A stretch of DNA of 64,000 bases from Candidatus Latescibacterota bacterium (GTDB lineage Bacteria > Latescibacterota > UBA2968), in NCBI GenBank assembly GCA_965198115.1, contig OZ240241.1, positions 7,872,001 to 7,936,000 on the forward strand. Reading direction: 5' to 3'. Below the pieces are notes generated by a model, which was not told the origin of the DNA, searched no databases, and saw only the letters and a list, made by a program, of their open reading frames with translations. Position numbers and translations under genes: made by a program. Positions 11,841 through 22,891 of this stretch are shown one piece after another (position 1 is the first letter of the stretch; the number at the start of each line of letters is the position of its first letter).

Positions 11841-13214
11841 GAGCTCAGGTCAATAGGTGTGTAAAAGAAATCAGGCGGCCATCTTCCCGGCTTCGACCTG
11901 CGGTTCGGTTGAGTGTTTCTGATCGTAGACTTGTTGTAGCAAGTGTGGCGCGGTGAGTTTCCTGAATCGGCTCTCTGCGACCTTGAGCGTACGCCAGATG
12001 AGAGTCGTGGCGTTCCTGACTTTCTTGAATCGCCTGGCGGCGTTTGTGCGAAGCCGAACGGAAGCAAAGGGGCTCTCGACGACGTTCGTGGTTCTCAGGT
12101 GTTTCCAGTGTTCCTTCGGGAAGTCGTAGAACGTGACCATCCGATCCCAGTCTCTTTCGAGCGTCTCCACGGCGGCAGGGAACTGTGAGCGATACCGTGC
12201 GGCAAAGCGTTTCCGGAGCTTCTCGGCCTCCTTTTTCGTGCCGGCATAGGGGATCTGGACGAGCAGTGCGCGGGCTTCAGCCTGTGCACGCTTGGCGACC
12301 TTGTCGAGCACGTTGAGGATCTTGTGGTTCCAGCACCGTTGTTGCCGGCTCTCTGGCCAGACCTGATCAACGGCCGCCCAGATGCCCATATTCCCGTCCG
12401 CGGCGATCAGGACAGGATGTTCGAGCCCGCGATCCCGGAGATCCCGGAGCACCGTGAGCCAGGATTCTGTAGACTCTCGATAACCGGGTTCTATCGCCAG
12501 GATCTCCTTGCTGCCGTCGCTCATCGCGCCGATCACGACCAGCAGACACGCCTTCTCGCGCTCGAGCCCGGCTTTGACGTAGATGCCATCAGCCCAGGCG
12601 TAGACCAGTTCGCGATTATCCAGACGCCTTTCTTTCCAGTCCTGGAAGTCGACCTCCCACTTCCCTCGAAGACGAGCGATCGAGGTCGGCGAAAGCGGCG
12701 CGCCATCACCGAGCAGCGCACGCAAAGACAACTCGAAGTCGCCCTGGGAGAGACCGTGGAGATAAAGGTCGGGAAGCAGATCTCCAATGGCCCTGGTTCT
12801 CCGGGCGAACAGGGGGAGGATGCGGCTTTCAAACCGCTCTTCCAGACCACGAACCCGGGGACGCCGGACCTTGATCGTTCCGCAGCTCGTCGAGAGACGC
12901 CGGGGCTTGCCGTAGCCGTTCCTGTAGCCCGTGGAGCTATCGACCTCGGCTCGGCGCTCATACCACGACCGGCCCAAGAACGCGGTCGCCTCCTCCTCCA
13001 GAATGGACTGGAACCGGCTCTGGATCTCTTCACGGATCCAATCGTCAACCGTCTCCCACGTCGGCATGGACTTCAATGGGGTTCTATGCGTATGTTCCTT
13101 CACGGCGATCCTCCTTCCCAACCGGGCCTCTCACCCGGTTTTGTGTGAATCAACTATCTCACGGGAAGGGTAGGGTCGCCCTTTCTCTTTTTCCACACCT
13201 TTTGATTATAGCTC
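11841..13214 (-). mobile_element. IS256-family element A nested in IS1182
   Basis: Imperfect IRs GAGCTCAGGTCAATAGGTGTG / GAGCTATAATCAAAAGGTGTG; 9-bp TSD CACGATATC at 11832-11840 and 13215-13223. Confidence 0.93.
11871..13103 (-). CDS. IS256-family DDE transposase
   Basis: YRNGY, WADG, ADG, QRCWNHK, RTTNVVES; RBS AGGAGG before GTG at 13103. Confidence 0.93.
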   Translation of the reverse strand: MKEHTHRTPLKSMPTWETVDDWIREEIQSRFQSILEEEATAFLGRSWYERRAEVDSSTGYRNGYGKPRRLSTSCGTIKVRRPRVRGLEERFESRILPLFARRTRAIGDLLPDLYLHGLSQGDFELSLRALLGDGAPLSPTSIARLRGKWEVDFQDWKERRLDNRELVYAWADGIYVKAGLEREKACLLVVIGAMSDGSKEILAIEPGYRESTESWLTVLRDLRDRGLEHPVLIAADGNMGIWAAVDQVWPESRQQRCWNHKILNVLDKVAKRAQAEARALLVQIPYAGTKKEAEKLRKRFAARYRSQFPAAVETLERDWDRMVTFYDFPKEHWKHLRTTNVVESPFASVRLRTNAARRFKKVRNATTLIWRTLKVAESRFRKLTAPHLLQQVYDQKHSTEPQVEAGKMAA

Positions 13215-14397
13215 CACGATATCGACCTTTCGTCAACGGCATCTGGATGCCCTCTCAGGTCTGTTCAGGCAAGTGCTGTGTCTCTGCGTGAAGGCAGGTG
13301 TCTGGTGAAGCTGGGACACGTGGCGTTGGATGGCACGAAAGTCAAAGCAAATGCCTCAAAACACAAAGCGATGAGCTACGGCCGGATGAAGAAGAAAGAA
13401 GCCGAGATCGAGGCCGAAGTGCGCAGACTCTTGACCGAGGCCGAAGCCACTGACGCGGCCGAAGACGAACTCTACGGAAAGGACAACCGCGGCGACGAGT
13501 TGCCCGAGGAGTTGCAGCACCGGGAGACTCGACTCAAAGTAATCCGCGACGCAATAGCCGAGATCGAAGCCGAAGCGGAGGCTGAGTTTCCTGAGAAGCA
13601 GGCAGCGTATGAAGAGAAGGTAAAGGCCCGGGAGCGCCGCGGCGGTCGTGGACGTAAGCCCAAGCCTCCATCGAAAGAGCCCGACTGAAAGGAACAACTG
13701 AACTTCACCGATCCCGACTCACGGATCATGGTCTCAGGGGGCCAATTCCTTCAAGCCTACAACTGCCAAGCTGCTGTGGATGACAAGGCCCAGATTGTCG
13801 TTGCTGCCGACGTCACCCAAGAAGCTGATGACAAGAACCAGATGACACCTATGGTCAACCAGATCAGAGCGAATATGGGCGGCACGACACCCAAGCACCT
13901 CACTGCCGACACCGGATACTTCAACCAAAGTCAGGTCGACCAGGTTCAATCAGATGGCGTCGACCTCTATGTGGCGACGACAAAACAGAAACATGGAACG
14001 CCCATCGCGACCTGCCCCAGGGGACGGATCCCCAAGGGCGCAACGACGAAAGACAAAATGGCGAGAAAGCTTCTCACACAGAAAGGTCGCTGCACCTACT
14101 GGAAAAGAAAACAGATCATCGAACCCGTGTTTGGACAGATCAAATCCGTTCGGAACTTCACCCGATTCTCATTCCGCCGAATCCACAAAGTCATCAGAGA
14201 ATGGAACCTGATCTGTCTCACACACAACCTTCTGAAACTCTATCGACTCTCATTGGCTACCTGATCCCGAAGAGGAACTCGGCTCAAGGAAAAAACGAAG
14301 GTAACCGGTCGCTGACAGACTCAGCTGGACTTAATCTCAACGAGCTTCCGGGTGTAACCCGACAGGCTCCTAGCCTGAATTATGCATAAAAAAAAAG

Positions 14398-15817
14398 GGC
14401 TATATCCGGATCTCTCAACGAGCTGAAGTGGGTGAAGGTGCCGTGGTTCCTGGCATGGGGGCGCGGTTAGCGTGTGCGGAACCTCTTCGGAATCTGCTCA
14501 GGGATGTTTATGTCTCCGACGGTAAGGAAGATCATATCGTTGAATGCGTCGAGTGTGCGGAATCCGCTGGCTCGGTTCTTGACGATTTGGACGATTCGGT
14601 TGAGGCCTTCGGCGATGGCGTTGGTAAGACGCGTGTTCACGAATGCGAGGACGCCGAAGAAGTGCTGTCGCAGGGTCCTGACGAACTTTCGCAGGGGTTC
14701 AAGTCGACTTCTGAGTGCGGACGTCGTCCAGCATTTCAGGAAGCGTTCGGCAGCCCAGGGCGCTTTGTATTCCCAGAACTGCTCGAACTCGTCCTTGAGT
14801 CTCCAGGCTCTATAGATTCGGTAGTTCGCCTTCTCCAGTGCTTTGAGTGTCCGAGTATCCCCTCTGGAGCGTGTCGCTGAGTGCCGGTAGAGGAGCCATC
14901 GGAGGCCCTTCATGGCTTTGCGCTCATCCGGGGCAGCTTTACGCCACTGGTCCTTACGGACCTCGTCAACGGCGGCATTGAGAGCCTTGACGATGTGAAA
15001 GCGATCGAGGACCAGCTTGGCATTCGGACAGTGTTCCTGGATGGCTCCGATGTAAGCTTCGCTCATGTCGCAGCAGGCCCACTCGATCTTGGATCTCTGG
15101 TAGGGACTGAGAGCCTCTGTGAAGAACCGATCGATCGTTTTACGCGCCCTGCCGCGGCCAACCCACACCACGCAGGAGCGGTCCAGATCGTAAACGAGCG
15201 TGGCGTACCTGTGACGCTTGGCGTAGGAGATCTCGTCGATCCCGATGGTTTTGAGCCCTCGGATACGATGACCTTCACGAAGCCGCGTGATGGATCGGTG
15301 AAGGAGATCCGACAGCGTCGAGGCAGAGATGCGCAGTAACTCGGACGCCGCCTTCTGCGTCATGGTCTGGCAGTAGCGCAGCATGGCATACTCGAAGCGA
15401 TACGTCACCCGAGAGAACCGCTCCGCCCACGGAATCTCCTCGACCACACGACCGTGGGTAGGACACCGAATCTCCCGAGGATGGTAGAGAAGCCAGACCC
15501 TCCACCCGCACACCGGAATGTCACGCCACCGACGCGGATGGGGCATTGTGCGGACGATTTTACCTCGACGGCCGCACTCCGGACAACAACAACCATTCTT
15601 ATGTGGCTTTACGGCGATGACGAAGCAGCTTCTCCCCTCAAACCACCAGCTGACAACACGGAACCCCTTGAATCTCAGCAGTTTCGATAGTAATCTGCTC
15701 CCGGTCATAGGTCGCACCCCCTTCGCTTTGATTGTCCTACACACACAACCAAGCGTAGGGAACGATCTATGACCTTGTCATTCTATAGTTTCACCGTTGA
15801 GAAACCCGGATAGAGCC
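14398..15817 (-). mobile_element. ISL3-family element, copy 1 (1420 bp; transposase 14467-15708)
   Basis: IRs GGCTATATCCGGATCTCTCAACG / GGCTCTATCCGGGTTTCTCAACG; target ATAAAAAA; zinc finger CPECG, GIDE, CCDM, DRFHIVK, TNAIAEGLN. Confidence 0.95.
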
Positions 15818-15903
15818 ATAAAAAAGGTAGTCTCCTTGTACAAGTGTTTGTTTTTACCTACATTAGGGCTGACACATCAAAACAACACTTGGAAGGAACT
15901 ACC

Positions 15904-17241
15904 GTGATAGAACCTAGTCAGATCCGGTTACCATTCGCAAGCATTTCGGGCAAGGTAGTTGAGGCTGATTTTGCCGGTGGCGCCGTCAGGAGTGACGGTG
16001 GAGTTCTGTTGCTTCGCGCCCTTGAGTCTCAGATGGGATTGATCGCCAGAATGGTAGATGCTTTGCGAGATCGTCGTCACCCAAGCTATATCGATCACAC
16101 GCTTTTGGATCTTGTGAAGCAGCGTGTTTTTCAGATCGCTTGCGGCTATGAAGATGCCGTCGATTGTGATGATTTGCGCCACGATCCGGGCGTCAAGGCT
16201 GCCTGCGATCGGCTTCCTCTTTCCGGTCCTGATCTCGGGAGCCAATCAACGATGACACGACTTGAGAATGATGTGCGACGCTCGGATTTGTATCGGCTCG
16301 CACGGGCTTTTGTAGACGGGTTCATCGCATCGTATGACCAGGCACCCCCAAGCATCATTCTCGATATCGACGACACGGATGACCCAACGCACGGTGCGCA
16401 ACAATTTTCACTCTTCAACGCGTATTACAATGAACACTGCTATATGCCGCTACATATCTATGAAGGCCAAAGCGGCAAGCTCATTACGACGATCTTGAGA
16501 CCCGGGCATCCGACGAACGGTAAACAGGTCGTTTCTATTCTCAAGCGCTTGGTGGAACACCTACGCGGATCTTGGCCAAACGTGGAGATCATCGTTCGCG
16601 CAGACTCAAAGTTCAGCTCACCAGAGATGCACGATTTCTGCGAAGACAACGGTATCTACTACGTTCTGGGCCAGGGCGCCAACTCCAAGCTCAAAGCGGC
16701 TGGACAAAACCTGATGGACCAAGCGCTACGTCTGAGCGAGCATAAGGAGACGATTCGCTTGTTCTCATCCTTCTCATATCAGGCTGGCACCTGGCGGCAG
16801 CCTCGCCGGATCATTCGCAAGGCTGAAGTCACAAACGGCGAAGCAAATCCAAGATACCGCGTGACCAATTTACAGAGTAATCGAGACGGCTTTATCTATG
16901 ATCGTATCTACTGCGCAAGGGGACGCACGGAAGGCTTCATCAAGGACCACAAAACATTCCTTCACTCCGATCGAACATCGTGCCACAAGTTTGAAGCCAA
17001 CCAGTTCCGACTCTTTCTACACAGTGCTGCATACGCCTTGCTTCACGCACTCCGATCACAGGGACTCAAGGGCACCGCGTGGACCAAACCTCAGGTCAAC
17101 ACGATACAGAACCGTTTCCTCAAAATCGGCGCGAGAGTCATTGAAAGCGCACGAAGAATCCGATTCCATTTTCCAACATCGTATCCACTCAAAAACGTCT
17201 TGGTGTCAATCATCACCAGGCTCGAAACGAACACGCAGTAA
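15904..17241 (+). CDS. IS1380-family transposase
   Basis: SDGGVLL, GYED, SQSTMTRLEN, LDIDDTDD, RADS, YCARGRTEGFIK, F.ANQFRL. Confidence 0.93.
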   Translation: MIEPSQIRLPFASISGKVVEADFAGGAVRSDGGVLLLRALESQMGLIARMVDALRDRRHPSYIDHTLLDLVKQRVFQIACGYEDAVDCDDLRHDPGVKAACDRLPLSGPDLGSQSTMTRLENDVRRSDLYRLARAFVDGFIASYDQAPPSIILDIDDTDDPTHGAQQFSLFNAYYNEHCYMPLHIYEGQSGKLITTILRPGHPTNGKQVVSILKRLVEHLRGSWPNVEIIVRADSKFSSPEMHDFCEDNGIYYVLGQGANSKLKAAGQNLMDQALRLSEHKETIRLFSSFSYQAGTWRQPRRIIRKAEVTNGEANPRYRVTNLQSNRDGFIYDRIYCARGRTEGFIKDHKTFLHSDRTSCHKFEANQFRLFLHSAAYALLHALRSQGLKGTAWTKPQVNTIQNRFLKIGARVIESARRIRFHFPTSYPLKNVLVSIITRLETNTQ

Positions 17242-17563
17242 CAACGCCGATCTATACCGGGGACAGCTATGTACACGTCGCAAAACAACACCTGTTCCGG
17301 ACGAAAATCGTGACTCTTGCGACTCGTAGAGACCGCTTACGGGACCTTGGACATCCGAAGAAGCCGAGAACAAATCCTGTGCGTGATCACATCACTCCAA
17401 AACAACCTAAACTCAAATTCATGCATGATTCAGGCTAAAAAGCCCCGTCAAACCGCAACAGGGCCTTCTTTGTCGGAATTCTTAATCCGAAGGGACGAAA
17501 TCGTCTTTTCCGACCTCTGCCCTCTCCCACGCCCCTGCAGATCTCAGTGATCTCAGTGCCTGT

Positions 17564-17598
17564 CCTGAGTAGGCTGCGAAGCAGCCATACCGAAGGGG
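17564..17598. repeat. REP-like element of the CCTGAG...CGAAGGG type
   Basis: The same boundary motifs recur at 27524-27563 and 48244-48263 with different internal hairpins. Confidence 0.55.
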
Positions 17599-17614
17599 CC
17601 GCCTTGTATTTCAT

Positions 17615-18432
17615 TCAGAACAGATTCAGGAACCGATCCACCGCCTCCCCCAACGCAATGTCCTCTTCTGCAAGCCACGTGTTGTAATACCTCAGGAACG
17701 GCATAATCTAGTTCGTCCCCGTCGCCACCGCTCTCACGTGAAGTCGGCCCATCGGCCCGACGACCTTCAGATAATCCGTCTCGTAAAACCGTCTCAGCAC
17801 GGCCTCCACATCATACTCCACCTCTTGATGTCGGACATCCCACCCGTCTGATCGCTGATCGAGGATCAGGTATTGCGCGGCAGGATTGTAATCCCGGGCA
17901 AACCGACGGATCCACAGTTGACGATCGCCCGGTCCTTCCACAGCCGAACTTGCGGGTTGTGTTGATGCCCTCGGATCAGATAGCGCTCATCGATCCCGGC
18001 GAATATCTCCTCCAACTCCTCCTCGGGCGTGTAGGCCTTCATACTCCCATACTCGCTCCGAGGGGTCGCGTGAAAGAACAGGATATCATCCGTGTCCGGG
18101 GGACGATACGTCAACGGAAGATCCCCGAGTATCCGTCGCTCCTCCGGTGAGAATTCCCCAGCCCCCCACTGAATCGGCCCGAACTGCTCCGATTCCCAAC
18201 GCGGGTCCGCATCCTCCGTTCCGAACCTCGCCAGATAGCTCTCGCCGTTCCCACGCAGAACGGGACAACCGAGATCGCGCACGATCTTCCAGCAGGCAGC
18301 CGAATCCGGCGAGCCGATCACGACATCACCGACGATGACGATCAGATCGACATTCTGCTTTTCCACGTGATCGAGCACGGCTTCCAACGCCGGAAGATTT
18401 CCGTGGATGTCGGACAAGGCAGCAATCCGCAT
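17615..18432 (-). pseudogene. Metallophosphoesterase (calcineurin-like), frameshift at ~17896 and nonsense TAG at 17708-17710
   Basis: SDIHGN, GD, GN, FFHA, GHQH, NCGSVG; the continuation DYNPAAQY...EYD and the read-through tail IMPFLRYY...RFLNLF* end at 17615. Confidence 0.85.
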
Positions 18433-18625
18433 ACGGTTTCCTTTGAGGGTGATCGGACTGGCACGAGCGGTTGAGGCAGTGAATTCCTAAATATAGGCCA
18501 GCGTCCCTGACCGATCAGCATCGCTGACATTTCTCTGTAGACGCACAACGGCACACCCCGTTTCTTAGCCGACGGATGGATGTCAAGCAACAGCGTCTAC
18601 GCGATCCTGACAGGAAGGATACATC

Positions 18626-21352
18626 GTGGGGGAGTGGGTCACTCGAGGGTTCGATGCCTTTTCCAGAGGCGTTTTCGGCAACGCCGGACAGAATTTGTAT
18701 GTATCGAGTGCCGGTGTGCTACAGAGGATCTTCCATTTCGATCTGAATTGCGACGGCTATGCCGACCTCGTGTTCTGCGACAGCCAGAACGATTGGGAGA
18801 AACCGCCGACTTCGGTCTATGAAGATCCGCTGGATTCTCGGCGCCTTGTCGAGCTCCCCGCTGAAGGAGGTTGGAGCGGTGTCGTCATCGATCTGACGGG
18901 CGACGGGTTCGACGACCTCGTGGTCGGCAACCATTACAACGGCATCCGGCGCGATCTGAGCTCGAGCGTGTATTTCGGATCGCCTGACGGCTGGTGCGAG
19001 CGCTACACGCAGCGACTACCCGCCCCGTTCACCACGTCTGTGGCGGCCGGCGACTTCAACGGCGACGGGAGGCTCGATCTCGCCTTCCTCTGTTGTCCAG
19101 ATCCCAGAGCGACAAACGACACGGCCGTACGGGTCTTCGCGCAGACGGAATTGGGCTTTGAAGCCAAGCAGCGAGAGGACTTATCGCTTCCAACATCGTC
19201 CAGCAGCCCCGAACAGCTGCTGTCGGCCGACCTGGATCGTGACGGCTTTCACGATCTCGTCGTGCGCGGGGCCGACGCATCGGTGCGCGTCTATTGGGGT
19301 GGGGAGAACGGTCTGAGCCCTGAACGGTTCATCGACGTCAAAGAAGCCAGCGATGTGCCTACCGTGAGACCGGATTTCGCGCACGCACGCGAACACGGAT
19401 ACGCCGAGTTTGTCGCCGACGCCGCACCCTTACCAGCGACGGTCCAGGACGAGGCAGGAGATGTGTGTCTCTTTCTCCCGTCGCGAGACGCCGCCTACCT
19501 CGTGCCGGTCCAACCCGGTCGTGCATTCGGCGTTCCTCAGACGCTGCCCTGCGTGAACCCGATGGCGGCTGCGACAGGCGATCCGGATGGTAGCGGCCGC
19601 ACATCGCTCGTCGTCGCGTGCAGGGATCCACACCGCGACGCCGAACGTTCCTGGGTGTTCCAACCCGATAACGAAGGGGGTTGGACGACTGACGGAGCAG
19701 TCTCTCTGCCCACGCACGGAGCTTGCGACGTCGTCGCGACCGACCTCGACGGCGATGGTCGCACGGAGATCGCCATTTGCCAGAGCCACACTGAGAACAG
19801 CTACACCACAGACTCAGTTGTGTTCAAAGAAGCTCGCAACCCGTTCCCATTCGAGACCCACGACGCACGTCGCGTGCTCGTAGGCCGGCCACGCGGAGCG
19901 GAGGGTCCTCCCGCACTCGCCTTCATCAACCACTTCGCAGGCCCCCTGCCGGGAAGCCGAGAGGTCGGCATCTACTGGGGTGGCGCGGACGGCTTCGACG
20001 CTGAGCGCAGGTCATCCGCGCCGTCCTGGGGCGCCGTCGAGTCGCTCGGAGTCGATGTCAACGACGACGGATGGCCCGACCTCGTGCTCGCCAACTGTTC
20101 GGAGAACTCGATCTGGATCGACCCTGGATCCTATGTCCTGCACGGAGGATTGGACGGGCTCGCAACAGAGCCGAGTCAGATCCTGCCCACGACACGCGCC
20201 CACGGCGTCGCCTGCGCCGACCTGGATCGGGATGGCTGGCTCGACCTGGTATTCTGCGGCTTTGCCAACTCCGAGTTGCTTCTACTCCGCGGCGGACCCG
20301 ACGGCTTCGACATCGAGCACCCGGAACGGATACAGCTCGTCTTTGAAGGCGACACCTGGAGCGAGCCACGATGGATCTACCTCGCGGACCTGAACCGCGA
20401 CGGCTGGCTCGATCTCGTGGTCCCGAACATCACGGGCGAACGCAGCGCGATCCTTTGGGGAAGTCCGGACGGATTCGACATCGAGCGTCGACAATTGCTC
20501 TCTGTCCGGCACGCCGCCTGCGCTCGGGCGGCAGACCTGAACGGCAACGGCTGGCTCGACCTCATCGTCGGCGGTCACGAGCCATCCGTGCTCGAACCAC
20601 ACGACAGCTTCGTCTACATCTATTGGAATGGTCCGGACGGATTGTCGGAAAGTCGTCGCACACTGCTGCCGGCCAGCGCGGTCAACGCCATCTCCGTCGC
20701 CGACTTCGACAACGACGGTCAACTTGACGTGTTCGCCTGTTCCTACCACGCCGGCCTCGAGCGTGACGTCGATTCCTTCCTCTACTGGAACAGAAGAGGG
20801 CGTGGCTTCAGCGAAACTGACCGCCAGCGGCTGTTCACGCACTCCGCGTCGGGTTGCGTCGCGGCCGACTTCGATGGAGACGGACGCGTGGACCTTGCGA
20901 TCGCTTACCACAAAGTTGAAGGCAGTCACGTCGGTCACTCGGCAGTGTGGTGGAACGGCGAAGACGGCTTCGATCCGCATCGCGTGACACGACTTCCGAC
21001 GAGCGGACCTCACGGGATGACCGCCATCGAACCAGGCAATCAGTTGGATCGTGGACCTGAGGAATACTATGAGTCCGAGCCCTACGAGCTTCCTAGGCCC
21101 GCCCGCACCATCGAGTGGGAAGCAGAGGTGCCGTCGACGTGTTGGGTACGGGCCCAGGTTCGTATGGCTCCCACGCGCGAGCGGCTGGGCGAAACCACGT
21201 GGTCCGGGCCAACAGGCGACACCAGCTGGTTCGAAAATAAGGATCGGCTTCCCAACCGGGCGGGACGGTGGATCCAATACCGCCTCGCACTCGGTGCCCG
21301 AAACGGATGCGGCTCCCCGCGGGTCACCCAGGTCCGCGTCATCTACGACTGA
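18626..21352 (+). CDS. FG-GAP/VCBS repeat beta-propeller protein, 908 aa
   Basis: More than 10 DxNxDGxxDL repeats (DLNCDGYADL, DFNGDGRLDL, DLNRDGWLDL...); RBS GGAAGGA. Confidence 0.88.
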   Translation: MGEWVTRGFDAFSRGVFGNAGQNLYVSSAGVLQRIFHFDLNCDGYADLVFCDSQNDWEKPPTSVYEDPLDSRRLVELPAEGGWSGVVIDLTGDGFDDLVVGNHYNGIRRDLSSSVYFGSPDGWCERYTQRLPAPFTTSVAAGDFNGDGRLDLAFLCCPDPRATNDTAVRVFAQTELGFEAKQREDLSLPTSSSSPEQLLSADLDRDGFHDLVVRGADASVRVYWGGENGLSPERFIDVKEASDVPTVRPDFAHAREHGYAEFVADAAPLPATVQDEAGDVCLFLPSRDAAYLVPVQPGRAFGVPQTLPCVNPMAAATGDPDGSGRTSLVVACRDPHRDAERSWVFQPDNEGGWTTDGAVSLPTHGACDVVATDLDGDGRTEIAICQSHTENSYTTDSVVFKEARNPFPFETHDARRVLVGRPRGAEGPPALAFINHFAGPLPGSREVGIYWGGADGFDAERRSSAPSWGAVESLGVDVNDDGWPDLVLANCSENSIWIDPGSYVLHGGLDGLATEPSQILPTTRAHGVACADLDRDGWLDLVFCGFANSELLLLRGGPDGFDIEHPERIQLVFEGDTWSEPRWIYLADLNRDGWLDLVVPNITGERSAILWGSPDGFDIERRQLLSVRHAACARAADLNGNGWLDLIVGGHEPSVLEPHDSFVYIYWNGPDGLSESRRTLLPASAVNAISVADFDNDGQLDVFACSYHAGLERDVDSFLYWNRRGRGFSETDRQRLFTHSASGCVAADFDGDGRVDLAIAYHKVEGSHVGHSAVWWNGEDGFDPHRVTRLPTSGPHGMTAIEPGNQLDRGPEEYYESEPYELPRPARTIEWEAEVPSTCWVRAQVRMAPTRERLGETTWSGPTGDTSWFENKDRLPNRAGRWIQYRLALGARNGCGSPRVTQVRVIYD

Positions 21353-21449
21353 GTAACAGCACCTTCAGTAATGTTTCTCTGTGGTTCCTCGTCCCCCCGC
21401 TGAACCATCCACAGCTACGCTTCTCGATAAAGCGGATCTCCGAAGCCAC

Positions 21450-21530
21450 AGGGGCGAAGCCGTCTGTTCTGTCCTCTGTCCTCTGTATCCGTCTTCTAAC
21501 CGTCCACCCTCAGCGATCTCAGCGGCTTCC
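21450..21530. repeat. GGCGAAGCC followed by a heptamer array and a 9-mer pair
   Basis: TCTGTCC x2, TCTGTAT, CCGTCTT; CTCAGCGAT-CTCAGCGGC. Confidence 0.6.
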
Positions 21531-21543
21531 GTTCAAGTTACCT

Positions 21544-22770
21544 CTAAAGCGCCCGTAGCAGCTCCATCGCCGCCTCGTTCACCCATCGACGACCGTGAAA
21601 CCGCTTCCCATACTCGAGCGGAGTGACGTCGTGGTACTCGTGCACCTTCTCATCCTCTGTGAAGTCGAGCGCCTTTCGGATCGAGGCCCTCGCGTTTGGA
21701 TCGGAACCCCTATCGAGCAGCGTCCGCGCCATCGACGCATCCTTCTGTCGACCACAGGTATACGCCTGTGACACAACAGCGCTGAACAGCGGCGGATGTC
21801 CGCCAAAACCATCATCGTCCACTTCCGCCCGTGCGCTCGGATCTGCACCTCGGTCGAGCAGCCAATCGAAGATCTCCTGCTCGTCGAAGTCCACGGCCAT
21901 ATGCAACAGCGTCCCACCGTCCAACGGCGTTCCGTGCAAACCCGTGCGGCCTTCGTTGGAATAGGGGTAAATGTCTTCGTAGGAGAAGTGCCGTGTCAGC
22001 AGATCGGGATTTCGTTCGAGGTGGTCTTCGAGCAGATCGATGCGGCCCTGGTGAAAAGCCATCGTTACCGTTTCGGGCAGCTCCGTCCCGTGTCGTGAAA
22101 GGATTTCGAGACAGCGATGTTTACCCTCCGGATTCCGGCTGTATGTCTCGAGGACCATCCGGAGCGGCTCGGTCGCGTTGCCCTCCCGATCGACCGGTGG
22201 CGCGCCCAGTTCGTCGACGAGGAAAGCGAGTCCGTCTCCACTCACCGTTTCGCACGGCAGCATCACCATCCCCGGTTCAGGCGCTCCACCCATCTCGGTC
22301 AGACGACGCGCAACATCGATCTTGCCCTGCAACACGGCTCGACTGAACGCGAACTGCACATCCTCTGCTCCGAGTTCCATCAGTAGGTCGATCACAGGTT
22401 GCTTGCCGAGGTTGGCGGCGAAAGACATCGGGGGTCCCCAGGAGGAATCCTCACCCCGAACCTGTTCCACCATCAGCTCCGGATGCTCCGTCACGAGCCG
22501 TCGGATGTCATCCAGCGCATCGTTGGAAATGGCGTGTGATAGTTCCGCACCCAGCCTCATACGCGGCCAACTCGGAAAATCATAGGTTCGTGCGAGGACC
22601 AGCTGCGCATCCGTCAGCTTGGCTTCAGTTCGCGGGACACCACGAGGATGGAATGCCTCGAACTCTTCCACAGCATCGGATTCGCCGGAGACATAGCTAT
22701 CCAGCAGATCCTTTGCCTGATTCTTGAGCTGTTCGAGATTGGGGTCGAGAGGAAGGCGGCGCTTGGCCAT
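21544..22770 (-). CDS. Ankyrin-repeat protein with N-terminal LEQLKNQAKDLL / AQLVLARTYDFPSW domain
   Basis: Ankyrin motifs GGTLLHMAV, LLDRGADP, GHPPLFSAV; RBS AGGAG. Confidence 0.88.
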   Translation of the reverse strand: MAKRRLPLDPNLEQLKNQAKDLLDSYVSGESDAVEEFEAFHPRGVPRTEAKLTDAQLVLARTYDFPSWPRMRLGAELSHAISNDALDDIRRLVTEHPELMVEQVRGEDSSWGPPMSFAANLGKQPVIDLLMELGAEDVQFAFSRAVLQGKIDVARRLTEMGGAPEPGMVMLPCETVSGDGLAFLVDELGAPPVDREGNATEPLRMVLETYSRNPEGKHRCLEILSRHGTELPETVTMAFHQGRIDLLEDHLERNPDLLTRHFSYEDIYPYSNEGRTGLHGTPLDGGTLLHMAVDFDEQEIFDWLLDRGADPSARAEVDDDGFGGHPPLFSAVVSQAYTCGRQKDASMARTLLDRGSDPNARASIRKALDFTEDEKVHEYHDVTPLEYGKRFHGRRWVNEAAMELLRAL

Positions 22771-22797
22771 AGCCATCTCCTTTTGTAGAAACACCCG

Positions 22798-22891
22798 GTA
22801 TCCGCACCACGGGCAAGTGAAAGGAGACGTCTATCGCTCTCTGATAAGAAGGCTGGTCAGGTGGGCTCGGCCCTTTCCGCGGATTGGATGC
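22798..22891 (-). ncRNA. Candidate cis-regulatory leader RNA (sul1-motif-like)
   Basis: 5' GCATCCAATCCGCGGAAAGGG ... TTCACTTGCCCGTGGTGCGGATAC 3' with complementary ends, directly upstream of the RBS. The resemblance to the sul1 motif is from memory. Confidence 0.45.

Larger units (their letters stand above)
11431..14369 (+). mobile_element. IS1182-family element, copy 2, interrupted by IS256; extra GT at ~13300 and in-frame TGA at 13686-13688
   Basis: Near-identical to 4650-6203; same IRs; TSD CTAG at 11427-11430 and 14370-14373. Confidence 0.95.
14374..17434 (+). mobile_element. IS1380-family element, copy 1, with ISL3 inserted in its left end
   Basis: IRs CCTGAATTATGCAT / ATGCATGATTCAGG; flanks CTAG and CTAA. 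Confidence 0.92.

Noticed and set aside
13686-13688. Selenocysteine or a reassigned TGA code
   Set aside because: The position is not a Cys-type site, no convincing SECIS follows, and TGA terminates many normal genes here.
14387-14397. Longer A-tract and extra G at the left flank of ISL3 copy 1 as a biological signal
   Set aside because: Cannot be distinguished from homopolymer sequencing error or slippage.
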